In this document: positions 14,001-29,510 of the stretch, piece by piece
Layout of the letters: each line of letters begins with the position of its first letter
How positions within the stretch are numbered: the first letter of the stretch is position 1
Origin: the human T2T-CHM13v2.0 reference genome, Homo sapiens
Length of the DNA stretch: 64,000 bases
Reading direction: 5' to 3' (one strand)
NCBI RefSeq assembly: GCF_009914755.1
Contig: NC_060930.1
The notes under the pieces: model-generated
Databases searched by the model: none
Told to the model about the DNA's origin: nothing
The model's input: the letters and a program-made list of their open reading frames with translations, nothing else
Program-made: the position numbers and the translations under genes

Positions 14001-14152
14001 GGTAGTTATTGAAGCATGCCTGATGTGTACTAGACGGGCATCTGACTGTTCTTTATAGCTCTGCGTGTGTATGCAGATCTCCAAGATAACAAAAGAAATA
14101 ACTTTAGGGAAAAAATGTCCATTAAAAGTCATGTTCTTCCTTTTCTGATCAG

Positions 14153-14324
14153 CTAAGAGTAAATGCAAGGAATCTGGTGACAGTAGTAAAGATTCAAGTG
14201 ACAAAACTAAGAGAAAGAAAAAGAAACGAAAGAAAGCCACGAGCCCAAGGAGCAAACAAGGGATAGCCCTCAAGCTCCAAAAAAAAAAAATAACTGGAAT
14301 TGTTTGTTTCGTGGTTTTGAATAG
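14153..14324 (+). ncRNA. Candidate exon of a spliced plus-strand transcript (possibly a LINC00240-locus isoform)
   Basis: Acceptor tgttcttccttttctgatcag|; purine-rich body; weak donor TAG|GTACTG or AATAAA at 14370-14375. Confidence 0.35.
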
Positions 14325-14572
14325 GTACTGCACTTCTAGGGTTTAATAACCACATATATTAAAAAATACAATAAACAATCCTGTTTCCACCTCAGTCCCA
14401 AACCACCCAGTTACCCTACCAACTATAAGCAATCACTCCTATTAGTGTCTGTGTACTCATCTGTGTACATAAATATATAAACATGAATTCTTTTTGCATC
14501 CTTTTATCTCACATGGCCAATAGTTGCATGTTCCTTCCATGGTTCTCACCATTTGGGCACCCTTACCTATAG

Positions 14573-14705
14573 GGAAGTGGAGTGGCTGAAACTACTCAGC
14601 AGGTGCTTCTGTGCACTGTTGACTGAGAAAGCTGAGGTCAAACCTGCTTCCCTGGGAATTCCCTGCTACACTGGGAATTCCACCATGGCTGCATCTTCCA
14701 TGAAG
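14573..14705 (+). ncRNA. Candidate 133-nt exon containing a Kozak ATG
   Basis: Acceptor ccttacctatag|; CCACCATGG at 14680-14688; donor AAG|GTGAGT. Confidence 0.4.
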
Positions 14706-14727
14706 GTGAGTTGGTCTGTCACTTTGA

Positions 14728-15267
<540 letters not shown>

Positions 15268-16029
15268 ACTCCTCTATTTTTTTTAAAGAAAAGCTTATGA
15301 AGATCTGACATTGCATGTTTTGTTTATTGACCTTGCTCCTTCCCCAATATATTCATTGAGACCAGGATTATTTGGTAGGGGTAAGGAGTGTAGGGGAGCT
15401 GTTTCCATTTGATCACTGCTCTATTTCCTTGCTTCTAGAGCAGTGCCTGGCATAGTTAGAAACTCAGGGTTATTTTCTTAAGTGAAAAAATTGAATTAAT
15501 CTTCATCCGCCCCCAAACAGGGAGCTCCTCAAAGGATGTCCTTTACTTCCTTCCATGGATGATTCAGAAGATCAAAGACAATCTGTCAGCCTCAAGCACA
15601 TTGTTCTGTAACTGGCCAAATTTCTAGTCCATTCTCTACATTTCCTCTTTCCCCCCAAATATTTTCAGTTTTGTTAAAATCAGATAGACATTCAGACCTC
15701 CTTTTCTTTTTCCTAAATATGTCCCACTGATTACTACTAGCACAGAGTATTTCATGTTCTCTTTATGTAGCAAAGAGGACAATTGATTTATTTTGCCTCA
15801 TGAAGACAAATTTGCTCTTTCTTTGGCTGAAGCATGACACTTTTGATCATGGAATGCACTAGGAGCTGACTGCAATAAAATGTTCCTCCAGATTGTGGGG
15901 GCAGAATCATGCTTAATGCTTTCTGTCCCCAAAGCACTGCTTTTTGTATTTTCATTTGTCCTGGTACAGAAACACTGGTTTTAGAGTCCTAGCCAAATAA
16001 GCCAATGTGAGAGGGGTCTCTTTTATTTA

Positions 16030-16279
<250 letters not shown>

Positions 16280-18327
16280 TGAGGCCACTTGTGTCTTACT
16301 TTTGATGAGACTTCCTTTTCTATTCTCATCTGGATCTTTATTCCCTCAGAAATGTCCATCTATTGAAGGAAATGGCTTCCAAAATTATCTCCTGGCTAAA
16401 ATTTTCTCCCTTTAATTTAAATCTGCACTTGAAACCATATAGGATGAGATATTCCCATTCAAAATGCTAGCAAAAGGACCTCATAGGAATAATCACCACC
16501 ATATTTTTAATCTGTGGGGCACACTAAAAAAGGAATCACTTTACTTATCCAATTTCATTTTTACATAAATCTATGTGTGATTACCTGCCATTTACAAAGG
16601 AAGCTAGACCTCCTAGGAGTAAAATAACTTTCCTAAAACTACACTCATGCTAAGGGGCCAAGCCAGATGTGGAAAGCAGATACTTTTCTAACTGTAAAAC
16701 ATGTGCTTTTGTCCATCTTAGCTCAAGGTTCCTCCATCAGTTCTTCTGCACAGCTGCTCACTCATTCATTCAACAAATATTTCCATATTTATGAATTCCT
16801 TTATCCTTTCAATAGACGTCAAGTCAGAAACTTCTAAGTGCCTAGCACCTGAGTTCAAAACTTCAAAATTTTTCTGACTTCTGCTTCTCCATGGAAATAT
16901 CCATACTGTGTGAAGTTCTTGCTGTGCAATCCCTCGAATCTGTCTCTTTCCTTTTATTCACTCACTTGCCCATTCCTTGTACACATAGTGAAGGAATTTC
17001 TGGATCAGACCCTGTGATAAGACCTGGGTCACAGCTGCGTATTTGTCCTCACTGTCATCAGAAACCAAAGAGAAAAATATGGTCCAGGGTTTCTTTATTT
17101 CAACATCTTCCTAACTGGTCTCTCCTTCTGCAGTCTCACCACCTTCCACACTTCCTAAAAGTCCACTGTGAGGACAATTCCTAACTTTCAATTTGGCAAT
17201 ATAAACTGCTCTGCTCAAAGTTCTTTGAAGGATCTTCAGTCTCCTTAATATGGATTTCAAACCATTTCACATCATCATCTCCAATTTTCCAGGCTTGTTG
17301 TTTAAGTTAGTTCTACCCTAAATCACATAAATAGGCTCTTTGCTTTTCCTCATAGAGGAATTCTCATGTCCATACCTTCCCCCTCCACCCTCTGGTACCT
17401 CCCTAACTTGGACTTCATGGGTTATTCTTCATTGCTTCACTGTGATGTGATATGGCTTTCTCAGAACTGCTGTATCTCTTGATTTAGTCGTGTTTTATGT
17501 TTTTTTCTATTTTGTTAGAATGTTGTCATGTGACTTCCTTTCTCAGTCCCCATCCTTTGCAGGGCAATAACCATCATATTCCATTAACACAATGCCCAGC
17601 AACCTGGCATATGAACTTCAACCAAATTGAGCTGGGTAGATTGGAAAAAGCTGGGTTATCTTGAGTAACAGCGCTTAGAACAACTGCTGTTAAAAACAGC
17701 TGTGGAGCTAAGAAGAATGGGGGAAATACCAAAATAAGAGGCAAATCAGAACAGGGACAATTTGTTTGTTGCTGGCAATTTCCATAAGAGGCAGTCTTCT
17801 TTACCTAGGTAATAAATGGTACCTTGAATCAGTAGCTTTGTCTAGTTTGGACCAGTAAAGAAATGTTTCCCTCTCAAATGTCAATGCGATTACTCACTAA
17901 AAGCATACATAATTCATGCTATTAAGTGTTTTCTATATTATATATTTAAAATAAATAAATAAATAAATATTAAGTACGGCGAATAGACTTGTAGCATTCT
18001 TGCTCAACCTGTTTATCTGTTAAGCCTGTTTATCTGTTTATCTCATGAGATTTTCTTTTTCTTTTCTTTTTGCACTGTCCAGCCCTCCCTGATGCTCAGT
18101 TTATTTGCAGAAAGGTTGGGGCCACCTAGAGAAGTCTTCACTGGCTTCATCATGTGGGTCCTACACTTGAATTACCAGCATTCAGATAATCAATAGTGTC
18201 TACAGTGGTCTATCTTTTCTAAGATGAAAAGAACTAATGATAGGTTAGGCCAGTGCTTTCAAACTGTGTTTAAGTTTCCATTAGTTGATTCACTGTAATT
18301 AAAATGTTTTTTAAATTAATAAATCTA

Positions 18328-18664
<337 letters not shown>

Positions 18665-19406
18665 TTACTTTTAAAAGTTGAATAACTTGTAGATTATTAA
18701 AGCTGTAACTTTATATCATTTGCACTAATAATAGCATAAAGTCATGAAAATAAAAAAGACTTGGTTTTGAATTATAAAATAACTTTATTGTTTTGAATTC
18801 TAAAAGAAACAGCATGTGTACATGATTTTAAAAACAGTAAATTAGAGACTATCTGAACAGTAAATTTTTATTTACATTAATTAGTAGTATAAAGTCATGA
18901 AATTAAAAAAGTTTGGTTTTAGTTATAAAAATTTATTGTTTTATTTGAATTCTAAAACTCCTCAAATTTGAATTCTAAAATTCTAAATTTTTATTTTAAA
19001 ATGTTCATATTGTTTTATTTGAATTCCAAAATTTCTTTGTTTTGATTAAAATAGCCATGGAAAAACATTTAGAACTATATATGACATATATATGGCATGA
19101 CTAGATAAAGAGATATAATGTATAGCTTGAAACAATCTCCAGATTCCTATGAACAGATAGGTGAAATATACCTCCTCCAAACAATTTGATGAACATAAAT
19201 CTGAATGTATCAATTGCTAAATGCTAATTAAAATTACTTTTATCCATTTTATGTTTTGAGATACCTTGTAGGCATTCTTTTGAAGTAACATTTTCCAATA
19301 AATAATGAAAATTAGGTTGTAAACAACATCATGGGTGAGGACTGTGAGTGTCAGAGGTGTTGAGGAGGAAAAAGGGTTTCTGTTTGAGTCTTGTTCTTTT
19401 CAACAG

Positions 19407-19700
19407 CAGAGGAAGAGGAGCGACTGAAGAAGAAAGAGGGTGGAGGTGAAGATGTGGAGCTCATATTGAATCTTTGGAAAAGTGAAAATGGCTTTTAGTA
19501 TCCAGTAAGAAGAGTAAATAGAAGAATTTTAGCCACAAATGGAAAAGAAAACGTCTCTTCCTCAGCTCAAAGAGACAAGCTCTTGTCAGTTCCTGTAAAA
19601 TTTAATGCTGGTGGGCCTGGAAGCACATTTCTCAGACACCCTAGCAAATAGGAATGACCAAGTAATATAATTTTGCCAATAAAAATATGCACAATATTTG
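19407..19700 (+). ncRNA. Candidate terminal exon of a plus-strand spliced transcript
   Basis: Strong NAGNAG acceptor gtcttgttctttttcaacag|cag; GA-rich body; AATAAA at 19678-19683. Confidence 0.45.
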
Positions 19701-20445
19701 GTGGAAATTTCTCACAAAATCTTGCTTTCCTCACATAAATGTTTCATCTTCATGCTTGTTGCTTTCTCTTTTTCCTTCCTATTCAGAAAGGAGATGGATC
19801 AATAATTGTACAAGCATGAAGACAAATGCCATATCACAGCAATGGTGAAAAGAAAGCCTAGAAGAAATTTGTCTTCCCAACTTTTTTGGAACCCCTGAAT
19901 CAGATTGACTGCCTCGAAATAGACTTCTTTTTAAACACACAAAAAAAGTAATCTCATTTTTAACAGCCATAAGAATATACCTTGTGGACCATAAATACTG
20001 TAAAATTATTTGACCAGGGCCCCTAGCTGTTCTATTCCCAAGTGCTTTGTTGTGTTTTTGCTGTGGCTCAGTATCCCATGAACTGTTTCCAGCTAATAAC
20101 TGAGTGCATAAGGGATACTAAGACAGACAAAGTTTCTGGGAGACTAAGGACTCCTCCGACAGCTGAATTTAGTGTCAGGCCTTCCTTGCTTAACTCAACT
20201 TACACTGCAAGGTGGCCTAGGTTGCTTCCATCCAAACTTCTTCCCTCTATCCTTGCACTGTGGTCTGATGATTCTCTCAGCTGACATTTTCTCTGACAGG
20301 TATTTCCCCTAATAACACTTAATTTTGTCTTGATGTCTGGTTCTGGGAGGACCCAGCTTAGCACACTATTTTTATAAGACACTGCTAATTTATGCAGGAC
20401 AAACTTTTTGCTGGGCAAAGACAAAAAAATCACCAAATAATATAC

Positions 20446-21027
20446 TGTCATGTTCACGACTATACCAATTGTCATGTTGAGGTCTGAAGGGAGTGGGTGG
20501 ATGAGCAGAAAGAACACTCGGCGGGGGGGGCACAGGCAGGTGAAAGATGCTTTATTCAGTAGTAACTCTCATCAACAGCTTACTCACACTAGCTTTCTCA
20601 CACTGTCTGCCTTGTCTAGCTGTCTGCTACAGCTCTGCAGCTCCTCTCAGCAGCCCCCTTCCACACGCAGCTGTATGGCCGGCTCTCCCCTGCCTTCAGG
20701 GTCATCAGCTTAACTCTTTCTCTCTCTGGTCATGAGCCGAGTTGTGCTGTGCCCTGGCTCCCCACTGTCTATCTGCAAAGAGGGACAGCTTTGATTCTCT
20801 CTTTCTCTGGGCACGAGTGCACCTGCACAGTGTCAACAGGGCAATTATACATTTTATAGACAACAGTGGCTCAGAGCCAAGTGATGGCCTTCCCATGTTA
20901 TGGCTACATAGTTGTGTTTACATTATCCATGGAATCGTGCGCCTGTGTTCCAAACTCGCTGAGTCATTCTGGCCCAGATGACTGCCTCGGCCTATTCCTT
21001 GACCAAAGCACAGCCATGTTTCTTACA
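20446..21027 (-). mobile_element. LTR18B (ERVL class) solo LTR
   Basis: Reverse complement begins tgtaagaaacatggctgtgctttggtcaaggaataggccgagg; 5-bp TSD TATAC (20441-45 / 21028-32). Confidence 0.8.
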
Positions 21028-21079
21028 TATACCTTTAGTTACTGGAGGAGTTAATGTAGAAAGTAATTTTCCCAACTTC

Positions 21080-21977
21080 TTAGTGAGTGTGCCAGCAGTT
21101 AACCAAATGGAATCCCTGCTGATCAGCATGAAGGGACTGGCACAGGCATAACCAACTGTTAGAAATATTTTCATACTTAATATCATAAAATCATTTGTCA
21201 AGCTGGAACCTATGTAGAAGGAGAAAATAAAATCTGCCCAATAAAAGAAAGGAAACAGGTCATGAGAATGAGAGTACTTTGAGTAGCTCTGATCTCTGGG
21301 CTGGAATTATTTGCAAACCTGGAGCTCTGAAGGCAGGAGACATGCTTGTGATGTTTATACAGATGATAAGCCATGGACCCACTTTTCCAGCCCATGAGAC
21401 TCTGAAAGATGATATCACAAAGAGCCATGAGAGTGAGAAAAACCCACCAAACTTTCCCTTTGCTTAGATGGTGGCATATAGCAATAACTAATATGTGGTC
21501 TAATTTCAGACCTATTCATGCTATTAACTGCTCTAAGGTAGCAGAGCAAGTTGGAGCTTATCAGAAAATTAAAGATCCAAAAGAGGAAGAGATAAGGAAG
21601 AACTTGCCAGGCAGTCCGTAGTTTGACCACGAGGTGGTCTTGGGACTGATGGTGATGGCCTGTACCACACTGAGGAGACAGGTGGTGCAGACGGAAAGGC
21701 CCCAAGCTACCTTCCCTAAATAAATTGTAGTTTTACAACCAGCATTATCTAGGAAGTTACTGAAATGAAAAGCTGACACTACATCTGAGATTCCTCTGAC
21801 ACAAAGTGTCATTGCATTAGTAAAAGCCAGGCGGATAAGAATAAGGTCTATGGGTTTTTTCTTGGAACTCATGACAAACATGTACACATGCTTCGCAAAC
21901 AAAAAGAAATTCCCTCCAATGCCAGATCCAGTAAAAGAAATAAAGATTATTCCCTGGATGGAGTTATTCCAGATCAT
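21080..21977 (-). pseudogene. VN1R13P: Vomeronasal type-1 receptor pseudogene, at least 4 frameshifts
   Basis: V1R motifs across frames: GIGGNFFLF, KKPIDLILIRLAFTN, CKTTIYLGKVAWGLSVCTTCLLSVVQAITISP, YKHHKHV, SPEIRATQSTLILM, VGYACASPFMLISRD; ancestral end HLVNCWHTH* with TAA at 21082-21080. Symbol from recalled locus order. Confidence 0.92.
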
Positions 21978-22040
21978 TCTCTGACTTCATGGACAAAACC
22001 AAGAGGAACCTTTTGAGAAAAACAAACAAAGTGAGGATAA

Positions 22041-23030
<990 letters not shown>

Positions 23031-24676
23031 ATAGCAATCGCCTTCTGTATATGTCCACATATATGTGGCAATATTCCTCCCCACAATCCTACTATACTTC
23101 ATGTATTTCCTAAAAAATAGTAAATTCCTACTCTGTAATCCTGAATATTACCTTCCGTCACTTCCAATATTCGACCACCTCTATGTTATCCTGAACGTTG
23201 TGAATTCCCCTTCCAGATCTCCTGGATATAGCATGTGCATCCATCTCCCAATTGCTGTGAATGTTGCTTGGAAACAGTTCACAGCTGGCACTTTCTCTAG
23301 AGAATTTCCCTTGGCCAAAAGAGAGCAATCTCTACCAAGAGAACAAGCACTCTCTCTCTCCTTACTCAGAACACCTAGGCCAGTTACTGACTGACATGGA
23401 AGGTCAAGCTTCCCCATAACTTCAACCTGTGGGTCCCTCCGTTATTTTGTTCCATAATCTCATAGACTGGAGGCAGCTGACATATTTTATTAGCTGAGAC
23501 TGCATTGTGGGGCTAACTTTGCTCATCTGCCCAAACTTGCTTTATCCCCTTCTCTTCCTCTGACTCCTCCCATAAATTATGTGAACACAAATTCCATTTT
23601 CAGAATCTGGATCCAGGGAACCCTGCCAAGATCAACATCCTGTTGATTCTATCTTTTAACATTTGTCTAATTTTACCATTTTCTTAATCAAAAATGCTAC
23701 CCTAATAGCTCATATTTTGATTGACATAATAGTTTTCTAACTCATCACTCTTCCTCCAGGTTTTTCCATCCATTTTCTGCCAGACTGAGATTTCAAATTA
23801 GAAATCTGCCTATTTGAATTTATGTCTCATAATCCCTTGATAGCTTTATATCTATGCAAGAACATTTGTCTTCTTTTGATTTGTATAAAGCTTACACTTT
23901 TAGCCTCCTTTCTTATCAAACTCATACTGAATTTTGGAGGTACATTGAATTACTGCAAAAAGTTTAATCTTTACACTTATCCATAGATATATGCACAAGC
24001 TCCCTATGCCAATATTTTACCTCTGCCACCACCCATTTCATAGCTACCTCCCATCCATCCATCAGAAACCAATTTAGACTTCTTTTGCCTGTTAAACATT
24101 CACTGATCTCACAGGGCCAAATTGTCACTCTGTATTTCTCACTTTTCTTCTGCCATCTAACTGTGGAAAGAGACTCACTTTTCATCTAAGTCATCTGGCT
24201 ATATGCCTGCAAAATAATATTCAATAAACAGTTCATAAACAAAAATCAAATAAGCATGTAGTTATGGTTGTTAAAGTGCATATTAATCACAGAGATGAGG
24301 TTAGGAGCCAACTGGGGAGCAGCTGTTTGAGCAGAATCTTCTCTACGAATCTAAAGACTAGATGACGTGGAGAACTCAAGTCAATCCATGTCCGATGACA
24401 CATTCATTAGGGACTTCAGTGTCTTCTCAGATGTATATGTAGGTTTAAACTTTAAGGCTGCCATTCTTGTTACCAGCTCCAGTAAGTCACATGTGCTATC
24501 TTTCAAGAGCCACAATAAACTCTGACATATTTACATTTACTCTCCCTGCATTGAAATGCTTCTGATTAATTAGTTATTTTCCAAACATACCATTCTGAGA
24601 TACCCATAGCAGTTTTTGGAATGAGAATTTTGTCTTTGCTATCTAGAATAGGATGACAAATGGACTGGGCAAGTGA

Positions 24677-25048
<372 letters not shown>

Positions 25049-25288
25049 GGTCACATGTATTTCTAAGAAACCTTTTGCAAGGCTTTTACAGCCAGTATTT
25101 AAGGATCAACCAAAGGCAACCTGGAGAACATAGGGTGTACCTCTTGGAGTTGTTTGGCAGAGGCTTTCTACATGAGAGACAGCATAACCCCAAAGTCAAG
25201 TGAGATAGCTGGCCAGGAGGGCTAGTGGTGTTTAAATCTCTGCAGATATGGGCTTCATTAATTACATTGTTTTTCAAGTCTCTCTTTC

Positions 25289-25296
<8 letters not shown>

Positions 25297-25338
<42 letters not shown>
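25297..25338. repeat. (TG)21 microsatellite
   Basis: Direct reading. Confidence 0.95.
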
Positions 25339-25339
<1 letters not shown>

Positions 25340-25340
<1 letters not shown>

Positions 25341-25628
25341 GTTTTTGTTTTTGTTTTTGAGACAGAACCTCACTCTGTCTCCCAGGCTGGAGTGCAGAGG
25401 TGTGATCTTGGTTCACTGAAACCTCTACCTCCCAGACTCAAGTCCAGCCTCCCAAGTAGCTGGGACTACAGCTGCACACCACCATGTCTGGCTAATTTTT
25501 GTATTTTTTGTAGAGATAGGGTCTCGCCATGTTGCCCATGCTGGCCTCAAACTCCTGGGTTCAAGTAATCCTCCCACCTCAACCTCCCAAAATGCTGGAA
25601 TTCCAGGCGTGAGCCACCATGCCCAGCC
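25340..25628 (-). mobile_element. AluJ
   Basis: Diverged Alu. Confidence 0.8.
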
Positions 25629-26520
25629 CAAGTCTATAATTAAGGTGTGTGGCTTCAATATTAAGAAGAATTGTCGGAAGATTTAAACACTTTATCATGG
25701 TATACATTAAGCCCACCTTAACTTTTAAAGCCTTTATTTATAACCAAGTATATATGAATCTCTAGTAAGCACTTTTCTATCAGAGTTGAGGCCTTCAAAA
25801 TGGGTTAAACTCAGACACTGTTCTGAATGAAAGACTTATGAACCTGCAAGAAAAATATGATAGATTAAAGAAAACATTTATCCAACAAATGTACCTGGAT
25901 ATTTCACCATATAATAGGCCCTGAATAAGATATTGGAAATTAAATAGAAAAGTACCATGTGGTTTCGCCATCAAGGGCTACTCACTGATAGGGAAAGATA
26001 TCATGTGGAAGAGCCAAGACAGATGTCTGCAGTGAGTGTCATGGGAACACATGATATCAGACGAGTGTGGTCATTTAGAGGAGACTATTGAGAAAGGGCT
26101 TTTAGATAATGTGACATTATGGTAGACCCAAAAGGAAAGGGTTTATGAATATCCACAGTTATGGGCTGTGAAAGGTAGAAATGGGTGAGCAGAAGGAACA
26201 AATGAAATTTCATGAGCAAAGGCATAAGGTTACCAAGGCGAGGTACAGGGAAGGGAAACAGAAAGTAGGTCACTTTGGCCCCATTGGATAGTACATGAAT
26301 TGTGGGTGGCAGCCCACACGTTGCGCTCTCTTGAACAAATCTCTAATTTCTTGTAATTTGTTGTTCACACCACAGAACTAACATATATACTTTAAATGAG
26401 TCTAATGAATGTATTAGCACTCCATGCTCCAGACACAATGAATGGTTTATAGTTTTAAAATGCATTTTTCTTGTTCATATTCCTGTGCATGTCAATGCCT
26501 CTGCTTGGAATCCAGCTTTC

Positions 26521-26527
26521 ATATATG

Positions 26528-26562
<35 letters not shown>

Positions 26563-26575
26563 TATATAAATATAT
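26521..26575. repeat. (TA)n microsatellite
   Basis: Direct reading. Confidence 0.9.
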
Positions 26576-28288
26576 TTTTTAAAAAAATCAAGATAATTTT
26601 TAAAATATCATCTTTTAAATGTCATTCATGTCATCTTTCTTGTAATGCCACCCCTAACATTAGCTAGATTTATTTTTTATCTGCTCTATTCACTGGCATT
26701 TTGGACCAGTCTCTGCTTAACACTTAGTCAACCCTAGTACAATTGTTGGCTTAGGTATCTCACAGCCTTATGTGACTGCTTCATGTAATAAAATCTCAAA
26801 ATTGAAATAACTATGTGAGGTAATATATATGTTAATTAGCTGGATTTAGTCATTTCATAATGCATATATTTCAAAATATCATTATATATAATTTCATCTA
26901 TCTATTTTAAAAAAGAAGAAAAAAAGAAATACAAATTTAAAAAAAAAATCTCAAAATTGAAGTTTTGGCTGAGTCATTAGGGCACACAGGCATTTGTTAA
27001 TCATCTCTGAGTGCCTCTTGGGTAGATCTGGTTTTACAGTTTTTGGATCCTGGGAGCCTACAACCTAGTTTGAGGTTTTTCAGTGGGTAAGAAAGTACAG
27101 TTTAGAGAAGATTATGGGAAGAAATCAGAAGAGAGCTATATTGTGAAACCTGTCAAGTGAGAGGAGTGAAGGGTGATGCCACATCTAGGAAAGGACGTTT
27201 CCTCAACCAATTAGGAAGCACGAAGTGTCTGCCTTGTAGCTGTTACACACGGTGGGGGGATAGGGGGACCGCTGTCTGACTTGGGCTAATTAAAATGACA
27301 AAGGTCCCTCACAGCAGAGGAGAAGGATGAAACTGGGAAGTAAAGGTGCTCAAGGTGATGGGTGATCAATGCTGCAGACCTTTCAAGGACTAGGTTTGAC
27401 AGTGCAGTAGGGATATCAGCCATGAAAGTGGTCCAACATGCTGAGTGTATGCACAGGGAAAAGCCTGTGTGTATATCACAAGCAGCAGAATCATTGGGGT
27501 TTTCAGGAGTAGGCTTCCTGAAGGAGAGGCATTGCTTGCCCAGGGTGAGTTGCAGCTAGAAGTGCCCAGCAGAAATGCCTCCAAAGAATTTACAAAAGTG
27601 TCTCGGAGAGAATTGGCTTTAAGTCAGATAAATAGTCCCTTTGTTCTCCTGTGAGAACACATAAATAATTAAATAGATAAATATGAGTCAAATAAATAGT
27701 CCCTTTGTTTTCCTATCTACTGTGAGGCAGGAGATGCAAAGAGAAAAAGCAGGCCACACCCCTAACTCAGCTCAAAGTTTCACACTCTGCTCACAGAGGG
27801 AAGAAGATTGTACTCCTGATTGGAAGTGCTTTTGTGATTTAAACTATCTTTAGGTAATTTTATTGCCTAATTCTGAAAAGAAAAATTAAGGATCTGCTTG
27901 ATTTGACATCAGGTATAAAGGACGGGAAACAAAAACAAAGTTTCCCTTATAATTACAACCATGGGATTTGCTATTTCCAATGTATCCACATTTTCAAGGC
28001 CTGTTTTCCTTTATAAGCCTGAAAACAACATGTCTTTTGGGCTCAGAGACAGTGGATGATAAAAGAAGCATCATGAACATGGCCATTAGACAAGCATAGG
28101 TGTACATCCCTGGTTTGGGAAGTTACTAGTTCCATGATTTGGGGAGCATGTGTTTTCTTCCCTGGGACTCTATTTCTTCGTGTTTAAAATGGTTATAAAA
28201 TGATCCATATTGTGGACTACATTTGTGCATTGCATTTTCCAGAATGTCTTCCTCTTATATAGTGCTTGACAAACAATTTAATAATAGA

Positions 28289-28609
<321 letters not shown>

Positions 28610-28769
28610 TCACTACAACAACAAAAACAACACTGATTAATAAATAAAAACTCACAGAATTGTTAAACAGTTTGGTCAAGACCTGGAATATGTTTGTAAG
28701 GAATATCTCAATTCACTTTACTGACTTATTTTCCATCCAAATACTTTGTTCCATCCCCTCGATCTTTTT

Positions 28770-29090
28770 GTTTGTTTGTTTTGTTTATTTTGAGACAGTG
28801 TTCTGCTCTGTTGCCCGGGCTAGAGTGCAGTGGTGTGATCACAGCTCATTGCAGCTTAGACCTGCTGGGTTTAAGCAGTCCTCCCACCTCAGCCCTCAGC
28901 CACTCTCCCACCACAGCAGAGAATACAGGCACATGCCATCACGCCCGGTTAGTTTTTACTTTTTAATTTTTTGTAGAAATGAGGTCTCTCTATGTTGCCC
29001 AGGCTGGTCTCAAACTCCTGAGCTCAAGTGATCCTCCTACCTCAGCCTCCCAAGGTGCTAGAATTACAGGCATGAGCAACCATGCTCAGC
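28770..29090 (-). mobile_element. AluJ
   Basis: Diverged Alu. Confidence 0.8.
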
Positions 29091-29289
29091 ATCTCATCCC
29101 CTCAATCTTTGTGATCATCCTCTTTGCTACTCCTCTGATCACTCCCTCCCAGGTCAACTTATCTAATTCCTACTTCCCACCCTGACTGATATGCTCACTG
29201 TCTCTGAATCTCCTAGATGTTTATCTAGTGTCCTTGGGTCTAGGAGATACAACTGCACAGATTCACAAGAATTAGCTTTGCCTTCAGTC

Positions 29290-29510
29290 ACTCTAAAGTT
29301 CAAGTCTTGGCTTTCCTAATTTGTATCTGCATATTACTTGACCTCTGTAAGACCCAATATTCTCATCTGTAAAATAAGGGCAGTGCTTTGTACTGTACTG
29401 GTCTCTAGTGAGGAATGAGGACTGAAGGAGCTGATGTAGGAAGTGCTTATATATGTGCTTGGCAACTAAGTACTGAAGAACAATTTTCCATAAGGTAACT
29501 ATTAGTATTA
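29290..29510. mobile_element. MIR
   Basis: ttctcatctgtaaaataaggg core. Confidence 0.6.

Noticed and set aside
13959-14333. 124-aa hydrophobic minus-strand ORF resembling a membrane protein
   Set aside because: Antisense of an A-rich plus-strand segment; the Phe/Leu richness is compositional
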